IMG/VR virus record: IMGVR_UViG_3300028571_000830
Location: 32,001-96,000 of that record
DNA from: a virus
DNA length: 64,000 nt
Reading direction: 5' to 3' (one strand)
Under the pieces are notes generated by a model. The model did no database searches. It saw nothing but the letters and a program-made list of their open reading frames with translations, and was not told the DNA's origin. The position numbers and the translations under genes are program-made. This document shows, one piece after another, positions 56,383 to 64,000 of the stretch (its first letter is position 1; each line of letters begins with the position of its first letter).

Positions 56383-56701
56383 AGTGATGAATAGCAGCAC
56401 AGAAGTGGCTGAGTTTAAAATTGTTGTTACAGAAAATGGAAAATACTGGACAAAATATGAATTAATACCTATAGGTGTAGAATGGAGTGATGAAATTAAA
56501 AATCATCCAATATTAACAATAATTAATGATGGAAATGGTTATATTATTGATAAAATTGGTAAACATCTAAATTATCATAAAGCTGCTTATTTATTTATAT
56601 TATTAAACTTTATGAATAAACATGAAGCTGATGATGAATATGCTGGTGTGTTTGCAGGAAGAATAGAAAGAATTGAAATAGAAACAATTTTAAAAATGTA
56701 A
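56372..56701 (+). CDS. Hypothetical protein
   Basis: Coupled ORF. Confidence 0.6.
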   Translation: MEYRVMNSSTEVAEFKIVVTENGKYWTKYELIPIGVEWSDEIKNHPILTIINDGNGYIIDKIGKHLNYHKAAYLFILLNFMNKHEADDEYAGVFAGRIERIEIETILKM

Positions 56702-56705
56702 AATT

Positions 56706-56948
56706 ATGAAAATATTTAAAAGAAGAAATCGTAACTATATTAATAATCCAATTGAGAAATGTGTAAGCTGTGGTGAAAACACTGCATACAGATTTAATGA
56801 TGACGTTGATACACGTACAAGTTATGTTGAAGGATGTGGTCAATTTTGTTATATGTGTTATACTAATAAAGAAATAATTAATTATTGTCCACCAATTAAA
56901 AAAAGAGATTGGACAAATCGTTTATTAAATGTTTTACAAATTCGATAA
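56706..56948 (+). CDS. Small Zn-finger protein
   Basis: CVSCG...YVEGCGQFCYMC. Confidence 0.65.
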   Translation: MKIFKRRNRNYINNPIEKCVSCGENTAYRFNDDVDTRTSYVEGCGQFCYMCYTNKEIINYCPPIKKRDWTNRLLNVLQIR

Positions 56949-56951
56949 ATT

Positions 56952-57386
56952 ATGAAAAAACTTATATTATCACTTCTCCTGTTATTAGTTATAGCAGGAG
57001 AACTAAAGAATGGTGTAGTGAAGATTATTCCTCAATATTATTTATTCTCAAAGGAAAATATGATAAGATTGATAACTGAATTAAATATTGCTCATCCAGA
57101 TATAGTTATAGCACAAGCTATGATTGAATCAGGAAATTTCAAATCAAACATATTCAAAGAGAACCATAACTTATTTGGTATGAAAATGCCTAAATACAGA
57201 AAAACTACAGCTATGGGAACAAATAGAGGACATGCTGTATATTCATCCTGGAGACAATCTGTTATTGATTATGCATTATGGCAAGGAAAACGTGCTAAAC
57301 ATCAATCCAGTTCTCAATATCTTAGTAGATTAAAATCTTATGCCACTGATCCTAATTACATTAATAAAATAAAACAAATATTATAA
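56952..57386 (+). CDS. GH73/glucosaminidase-like peptidoglycan hydrolase with signal anchor
   Basis: AQAMIESG, NLFGMK, YATDPNY; hydrophobic N-terminus. Confidence 0.8.
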   Translation: MKKLILSLLLLLVIAGELKNGVVKIIPQYYLFSKENMIRLITELNIAHPDIVIAQAMIESGNFKSNIFKENHNLFGMKMPKYRKTTAMGTNRGHAVYSSWRQSVIDYALWQGKRAKHQSSSQYLSRLKSYATDPNYINKIKQIL

Positions 57387-57645
57387 GAAAAGAAATTAAA
57401 CTATGAATTACAACGACATTACTTAATTGGGCATTTTGTTAGCTGCCGTTTTTCGTCAGCCTATAACTTGACAAATTGATTAAAAAAGTAAACCTATAAG
57501 TTGATAAAAAATGAAACTATGGATTACAGCGATATTAATTAATTGGGCATATAAGATATGTCCTAATGGAGAATTTAAAACTTTATTTACTGTTTTCATA
57601 TATAATAATATAATGAAGTTATAATTAAACAAAAAAATAAAAATT

Positions 57646-58005
57646 ATGAAAAACATTTTAGGAACAACAGAGAATTTAGAATTATTTGATAAAGCAGGTA
57701 AAAGAGTTTATGAGTTTTGCAAAGGAGTAAATGGGTATGTCTGTGAATGTACTTACGATTCAAATGGTAGGATATTAACCTTTAAAAATTCATATGGATA
57801 TAGTCATGAATATACCTATGATTCAAATGGGAATATATTAACCTACAAAGATTCAAAAGGATATAGCTATGAATATACTTACGATTTACGTGGGAATATA
57901 TTAACCTTTAAAGATCAAAATGGAATAACACGAGGTGCTGACATTCCCGAATACACAATGGAGGAATTGGTAGAGAAGTTAGGAAACTTTAAGATTAAAA
58001 AATAG
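57646..58005 (+). CDS. YD-repeat-like protein
   Basis: Three copies of ExTYDxxGxILTxKxxxG. Confidence 0.7.
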   Translation: MKNILGTTENLELFDKAGKRVYEFCKGVNGYVCECTYDSNGRILTFKNSYGYSHEYTYDSNGNILTYKDSKGYSYEYTYDLRGNILTFKDQNGITRGADIPEYTMEELVEKLGNFKIKK

Positions 58006-58012
58006 AAAAATT

Positions 58013-58231
58013 ATGAAACAGACATCAGTAGAATGGTTAATAAATGAAATTGATATGCAATATCCTGAAATTAATGTAAGAAGAAAAGAATGGATGGTTG
58101 ACCAAGCAAAAGAAATGGAAAAGCAACAGATTGTTGATGCTTTTGGTGTTGGTTGCCAAGTTGAATCAACAAGACTAATAGGATATCACAAAATGGCCGA
58201 ACAATACTACAACGAAACCTATGGAAAATAA
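58013..58231 (+). CDS. Hypothetical (MKQTxVEWL family)
   Basis: AKEMEKQQIVDAF...EQYYNETY pattern seen in Bacteroidota phages. Confidence 0.65.
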   Translation: MKQTSVEWLINEIDMQYPEINVRRKEWMVDQAKEMEKQQIVDAFGVGCQVESTRLIGYHKMAEQYYNETYGK

Positions 58232-58616
58232 ACACACACAACAAGTAGACCTCAGCAATCCAAATGCTGATAAAATAACTTCTACATCAACTACATCTAT
58301 TAAACAAGAAACACTTGAAGAAACTGCTGAAAGATTATATCCTATATCTAAAGAAGGTTCAATGTGGATGCCATCGGCAGATGATTGCAATAAAGCAAAT
58401 AAACAAGAAGGATTTATAGAAGGTGCTAAATACCAAGCTGAAAGAATGTATAGTGAGGAAGATATGTTTACATTTTCTCAATGGATTTCTCATGAAGATT
58501 GGGTTTATTTACCAAGTAAAGATTATTGGGTAAATGAAGAACAAGAAGAATTAGAACAGAAATTAAGCTCAAAGGAAATATTGAACCTATGGTTTGAACA
58601 ATTCAAAAAGAAATAA
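58221..58616 (+). CDS. Hypothetical (KQETLEE family)
   Basis: KQETLEE, GFIEGAKYQAERMYSEED, WFEQFKKK. Confidence 0.65.
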   Translation: MENKHTQQVDLSNPNADKITSTSTTSIKQETLEETAERLYPISKEGSMWMPSADDCNKANKQEGFIEGAKYQAERMYSEEDMFTFSQWISHEDWVYLPSKDYWVNEEQEELEQKLSSKEILNLWFEQFKKK

Positions 58617-58619
58617 CTA

Positions 58620-59173
<554 letters not shown>

Positions 59174-59177
<4 letters not shown>

Positions 59178-59470
59178 AAGAACTCCTACAAAAACTCGCA
59201 GAACTCAACGACAAGTACCTGGAGCTAAAATCAGAGAATGAAAGTATTAAAGGGGAAATATTTAAACTGCAAATGGCATTAATAATTGAAAGGCAAAAGA
59301 AAATATTAGAAAAATCACACAATGAACTGATAGTCTGTCCTGAATGTAAGCATGAATGTAATGCTACTGTAATTCATACAGTCCCATTTTTCACGTACAT
59401 TCATGATTGCCATAATTGTCATTATGTAATTACTGAAAGCGATTGGGAATTAGTTAATATAAAATCATGA
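59174..59470 (+). CDS. Coiled-coil plus Zn-ribbon protein
   Basis: CPEC...CHNC. Confidence 0.6.
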
Positions 59471-59582
59471 TCCTCACCGCCTTTATATTCATCACTCTGA
59501 CAATTTACATAACCCTCTCCGTTTTGGTTTGGGGATGTAGATTGGTTTGGGGGTTTATCAGCACTAAATTAATTTAAAAACG

Positions 59583-59795
59583 ATGTACAAATCTTTTCAA
59601 AACAAAAAGTATTATTTAGCGTTTAACAAGTTTCCTAAAACTGCCAAAAAAGTAGAGGGTGTGCATAAAGCATATTCAACAGGATTTAGAAAATGGAAGT
59701 CTGATGATATGATTACCTACGCAATAGTTGTCGGGACATTCAGGATTATGTTTGGAATTAAAACGCCAAATTATACTTGTGATGCAGGATGTTAG
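59583..59795 (+). CDS. Hypothetical protein
   Basis: ORF track. Confidence 0.5.
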   Translation: MYKSFQNKKYYLAFNKFPKTAKKVEGVHKAYSTGFRKWKSDDMITYAIVVGTFRIMFGIKTPNYTCDAGC

Positions 59796-59878
59796 CCTTG
59801 CACATAACTCCCCACTAACCGAAAGTTTATTTCGCATTACAAATTAGTTTGTGAATTAATTAAATCAAAATAAATAAA

Positions 59879-60166
59879 ATGAGAAGTTACAAAAAAGAAT
59901 TAGAATTAATCGCCAACGATTTGTTAAATCAAAATGCTGATGCAAAAGGTAATGAGAATAAGCCAAATTATTCCAAAAGAGATTTTATAAACGCTACAAT
60001 TATTTTTCAAACCGCATTGATGGATAAGATGTATGATAATCAAGATTACGATAAAATGGATATTGATGATAGAATGAAGATGGCTGAAAGTTGTGGTTTT
60101 GCATTAAGAAGTTTAATCCATACCTATACTGGCTTAGATACCCATAAGATTGAGGAGTTTATTTAG
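59879..60166 (+). CDS. Hypothetical protein
   Basis: ORF track; A-rich leader. Confidence 0.6.
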   Translation: MRSYKKELELIANDLLNQNADAKGNENKPNYSKRDFINATIIFQTALMDKMYDNQDYDKMDIDDRMKMAESCGFALRSLIHTYTGLDTHKIEEFI

Positions 60167-60286
60167 CATTACCAATAACGCTTTTTGCCGTCTGGTGCAA
60201 GAAATTTCAACTGGGTAGTGGCACTAACCACTGCACTAACATATAAAACACATCATTTTTGCAATTTTATATTTGATTGCATATAA

Positions 60287-60321
60287 TGTGAAAAACACTT
60301 ATTATTTGTGAAAAACACTTA
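60287..60321. repeat. 15-bp direct repeat upstream of polB
   Basis: TGTGAAAAACACTTA at 60287 and 60307 (20-nt period). Confidence 0.8.
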
Positions 60322-60402
60322 CAGAGTCTTATAATCATGCTTATTTATTCAACTCTTATACTTATCTAAAATATACTAAAAATAATAATTATTTTAAATT
60401 AA

Positions 60403-62370
60403 ATGGAAAATGAATTAAAAATATTAGTGTTTGATATAGAAACTATGGCAGAAATGTTCTTAGTTGGTATATACAATCCAGAAACAGATATGTATTTTGA
60501 GTTTGAAGTGAGTGCATATACACATCAATTAGATTCTTTTATAAGATTTACAGAAGTTCATCAAGATTATCATTGGGTAGGTTATAATAACCTACGCTTT
60601 GATAGTCAAGTGGTAGAATGGATCATTAAGAATTATGAATCATGGCATGAATATTCTGCATTGGAAATATGTACAAAGATTTCAGTTAAAGCTCAAGATG
60701 TTATACATGATGCAAATTATGATGTGTTTCCTGAATACAGAGAAGATCAATTATCATTAAAACAAATAGATTTATTCAAGATTCATCATTACGATAATAA
60801 GAATCGAATGGTCTCTTTGAAAAGACTTGAGTTTGAGATGGATCTTGAGAACATTGAAGAAATGCCTATTCATTATGCTAAGAAAGACCTAACACAACAC
60901 GATTGTTCTCTTACTAGAGAGTATTGTAAGAATGATGTAATGGCTACTTATGAGTTCTATAAGATTACTACAGGCAATACAGAACATCCTTTATACAAAG
61001 AAAATAATCAAATAGAGCTTAGACAAGATATAGAAACAGAGTTTGGTATTCCATGTCTTAACTATTCAGATAGTAAAATAGGTGATGAGATGATTAAAAA
61101 ATATTATTGCCAGGAGAAGAATATCAAATACAATGAACTTCCAAAGAAAGGAATGTTTAGAAGCAATATAAGTGTAAAAAACTGCATAGCTAAATATGTA
61201 ACATTTATAACACCTGAACTTAAAGCTTTCTTAAATAGAATAAAAAAAATGTCATTATCAATATCTGATGATTTTAAGGAGGAAATACATTTCTATGATA
61301 ATACATATTCATTCATGAAGGGTGGATTGCATACAGAGAATAAACCTAAAATATTTGAAGCTGATGAAGAATACGAAATTATTGATTGGGATGTTAGTTC
61401 TTATTATCCAGCTATTATTATTAATAATGGTCGTTATCCTGCTCACTTAGGTAAAGAATTTCTACGTGGTTATAAGCAAATGTTTGATAAAAGACTTGAA
61501 CTTAAACCTCTAGCTAAAACAGATAAGAAAATAGCTGGTATTGTAGGAGCACTAAAACTTGCTGTAAACTCTGTTTATGGTAAATCAAGTGATATGTTGA
61601 ACTGGATATATGATAGACAACTAACTATGTTCACAACTATTACAGGTGAACTAAGTTTAATGATGCTTATTGAACAATATGAACTGAGAGGTATTCATGT
61701 CATTAGTGCTAATACAGATGGTGTCACTGTTAGAATAAAGAAAACAGATCTGGAAGTAATGAAAGCTATTAATACTTGGTGGATGGAACTCACTACCTAT
61801 GAGCTAGAACGTACTGACTATTCAAAGATTATATTCTCTACAGTGAATGACTATTTAGCTATTAAGACAAATGGAGAAATAAAGAAGAAAGGTGATTTCC
61901 TTACAGATTTTGAATTACACAAGAACAAGAGTGCCAGGATTGTACCTATTGCTTTAGAACAATGGTTTATTAACGGTGTGCCTGTAGAAGAAACAATAAA
62001 AAATCACAAGAATATTTATGATTTTGCTCTTCGACAAAAAGCTAGTAGAAACTTCCACTATGAGGGACACAGCAAAGAAGGAGGAAAACATCTTTACAAT
62101 AAGTTAATTCGTTATTATGTTTCTAATAAAGGAGAGAAAATACTAAAAATAAAGAATCCTGAATGTGAAACTAATGCTGCTGCTGTAAGTCAAGTGGAAG
62201 CAGGTGAATGGTTATGTACAGTGTGCAATTATTTACCAAAAGATCATCCTCTTGATAATATCAATCATAGTTATTATATAGATAAAGCAGAAAGAATTAT
62301 CAATAAAATACAATTAGGTGGTAAAATACGTAAAATAATAGTGATACCTAATCAAATTAGTATGTTTTAA
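60403..62370 (+). CDS. polB: Family B DNA polymerase
   Basis: ExoI FDIE, ExoII YNNLRFD, ExoIII YCKND; motif A DVSSYYP, B KLAVNSVYGK, C NTDG. Confidence 0.93.
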   Translation: MENELKILVFDIETMAEMFLVGIYNPETDMYFEFEVSAYTHQLDSFIRFTEVHQDYHWVGYNNLRFDSQVVEWIIKNYESWHEYSALEICTKISVKAQDVIHDANYDVFPEYREDQLSLKQIDLFKIHHYDNKNRMVSLKRLEFEMDLENIEEMPIHYAKKDLTQHDCSLTREYCKNDVMATYEFYKITTGNTEHPLYKENNQIELRQDIETEFGIPCLNYSDSKIGDEMIKKYYCQEKNIKYNELPKKGMFRSNISVKNCIAKYVTFITPELKAFLNRIKKMSLSISDDFKEEIHFYDNTYSFMKGGLHTENKPKIFEADEEYEIIDWDVSSYYPAIIINNGRYPAHLGKEFLRGYKQMFDKRLELKPLAKTDKKIAGIVGALKLAVNSVYGKSSDMLNWIYDRQLTMFTTITGELSLMMLIEQYELRGIHVISANTDGVTVRIKKTDLEVMKAINTWWMELTTYELERTDYSKIIFSTVNDYLAIKTNGEIKKKGDFLTDFELHKNKSARIVPIALEQWFINGVPVEETIKNHKNIYDFALRQKASRNFHYEGHSKEGGKHLYNKLIRYYVSNKGEKILKIKNPECETNAAAVSQVEAGEWLCTVCNYLPKDHPLDNINHSYYIDKAERIINKIQLGGKIRKIIVIPNQISMF

Positions 62371-62380
62371 TTAATGAATT

Positions 62381-62635
62381 ATGAAGAAAAAAATTAACAG
62401 AACGACAATCACTGATCATTTAATAGAATATCAACTTAAAATGATTGGTATGAATGTAGAAGATGCTCTTAAGGACCCAGAGTGGTATAACAATTGGACA
62501 ATGACATCTGAACAACATGATGAATTTAAAGCATATGCAATTCCTTTATTAAAAAAGGTGTTTAAATTTAATACAACAAAAGCAAATTCTACATTTTCTT
62601 ATTTCAATCTACAATTTGGACTTAGAATATTATAA
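62381..62635 (+). CDS. Hypothetical protein
   Basis: ORF following polB. Confidence 0.65.
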   Translation: MKKKINRTTITDHLIEYQLKMIGMNVEDALKDPEWYNNWTMTSEQHDEFKAYAIPLLKKVFKFNTTKANSTFSYFNLQFGLRIL

Positions 62636-62659
62636 CTTTAATCAAATCAATTATTAACA

Positions 62660-62685
62660 GGGCTCTCACAAGGAGCCTTTTTTTT
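62660..62685 (+). terminator. Intrinsic terminator
   Basis: GGGCTCT...GGAGCCT plus T-tract. Confidence 0.7.
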
Positions 62686-62707
62686 ATTTACACTAACTAA
62701 ATTAATT

Positions 62708-62905
62708 ATGGGACACACAAAAGACTTATTAGAAGAAGATTGGGAGAGAGAACATCTCAAAGATTCCTTATATTTGTTAGAAGAAAAAATGAGAATTGAA
62801 GCTGAATATTATAGCTCAATAAATAGAAAACCTGCCAAGATTATAGTGGTGATAAAAGAAAAGAAAGAAGAATATGAAATTAAACATAACACCCTTCCAT
62901 TTTGA
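62708..62905 (+). CDS. Hypothetical protein
   Basis: ORF track. Confidence 0.55.
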   Translation: MGHTKDLLEEDWEREHLKDSLYLLEEKMRIEAEYYSSINRKPAKIIVVIKEKKEEYEIKHNTLPF

Positions 62906-63497
62906 AGAACTAATTAAGAAAGGATATACATTAGACATGATCTATATATTATCTCTTATAGATGCTGAATATGATGTAAGTCCATTGTGTGAAAGTAGTA
63001 TGAAAATTAGTGGTGTTTACAATTCATTAATTCGTAGAGGATTGATAACAGAAAATGATAAAATCACCACTATAGGTGTTGGATTGTTAGAATACATTAA
63101 ATCTGATACAAAGCTAAAGATTATCAAAAGAAAGCCTGCTACAGAAGAATTTGAACAATGGTGGAAATCATATCCAGGTACAGACACTTTCACTCATAAG
63201 GGAAAGAAGTTTAGTGGATCTAGAACACTTAGGTTGAATAGAGATGAATGTAGACTTGCTTTTGATAAGATATTGATTGAAGGAGAATATCCTGCATCTA
63301 CACTAATTAATGCATTGTTGTATGATGTAGCACAAAAGAAAGAAATGTCTGTAAAGACAGGAAACAATAAACTATCTTATATGCAGAATAGCTTAACGTA
63401 TTTAAATCAACGTAGCTATGAGCCCTTTATAGAACTAATGAATGAAGGTGTTGTCATACAAGAATCAAACAATGTACAACATGGAACAGATATTTAA
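62874..63497 (+). CDS. Replication-associated wHTH protein
   Basis: LIRRGLI wing, FEQWWKSYP, SLTYLNQ (phage replisome-organiser-like C-terminus). Confidence 0.5.
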   Translation: MKLNITPFHFEELIKKGYTLDMIYILSLIDAEYDVSPLCESSMKISGVYNSLIRRGLITENDKITTIGVGLLEYIKSDTKLKIIKRKPATEEFEQWWKSYPGTDTFTHKGKKFSGSRTLRLNRDECRLAFDKILIEGEYPASTLINALLYDVAQKKEMSVKTGNNKLSYMQNSLTYLNQRSYEPFIELMNEGVVIQESNNVQHGTDI

Positions 63498-63789
63498 AGA
63501 ATTAAAAAAACTTGGTTACAAACATTATACAGAGTATACTGTTGAAGAATTAGATGATTTACCATTAAATAGTGCTGAAAGAGTTTCAGAACAAGCTTTG
63601 GTTTTTAGATGGTTTAGAGAGAAGTATGAATTAACAAGTTGGATTTACAATAGTCATATGGACAAGTTTTATTACACTATACTACAAAATGGAAAAATAG
63701 TAAAATCACATAATTCAACAATTACTTACGAAGAAGCAGAACTTGCTTGTGTGGTCAAGTTGATAGAAATTGTAAAAGAGAAATTATGA
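63442..63789 (+). CDS. Hypothetical protein (start probably 63481)
   Basis: VFRWFREKY, TYEEAELAC. Confidence 0.6.
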   Translation: MKVLSYKNQTMYNMEQIFKELKKLGYKHYTEYTVEELDDLPLNSAERVSEQALVFRWFREKYELTSWIYNSHMDKFYYTILQNGKIVKSHNSTITYEEAELACVVKLIEIVKEKL

Positions 63790-64000
63790 AAACAAAAGAA
63801 GAACAAAAACAACATCTCATTGACATGATGAAAGATGATGAAGAATTAGGATTGTATGAAGAACCTAAACAAGAAACCACTCTTGAAGAAAATTTGAATG
63901 ACCCACAATGGTTTTGGGATGAAAATGGCAAACCAAACTATAACTTTAAATTAAAATATAAAATGGAAGAAGAAATTAAACAAGAAACAACTGAATCAGA
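63786..64000 (+). CDS. Partial hypothetical protein
   Basis: MKTKEEQKQHLIDMM... open to the window end. Confidence 0.55.
   Translation, partial: MKTKEEQKQHLIDMMKDDEELGLYEEPKQETTLEENLNDPQWFWDENGKPNYNFKLKYKMEEEIKQETTES

Noticed and set aside
48741-58390. Short minus-strand ORFs in the early arm
   Set aside because: They overlap plus-strand genes or structured RNA and lack motifs or leaders

Overview
AT-rich 64-kb fragment of a crAss-like (Crassvirales-type) phage, probably infecting an environmental Bacteroidota host, read with the standard code. The minus strand from 1 to ~48.5 kb is the virion module: terminase with an Ala-initiated class-3-type intein, portal, scaffold-like protein, major capsid protein, ring/hub/fibre proteins, a muzzle apparently split into two genes, cargo proteins, and a >4100-aa virion RNA polymerase polyprotein (DFDID motif) that runs off the left edge and is missing from the ORF track. 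From ~48.7 kb the plus strand carries small early/host-takeover genes, a GH73-like muramidase, family-B DNA polymerase and a replication protein. The most unusual signals are non-coding: two dispersed copies of a structured RNA with a twister-ribozyme-like core, a 170-nt tRNA-like RNA whose anticodon arm is replaced by a multi-hairpin domain, and a long-variable-arm tRNA with an Asp anticodon. Three inserted genes are each flanked by a duplicated end of a neighbouring gene. Product calls come from motif recognition and gene order; no searches were run.
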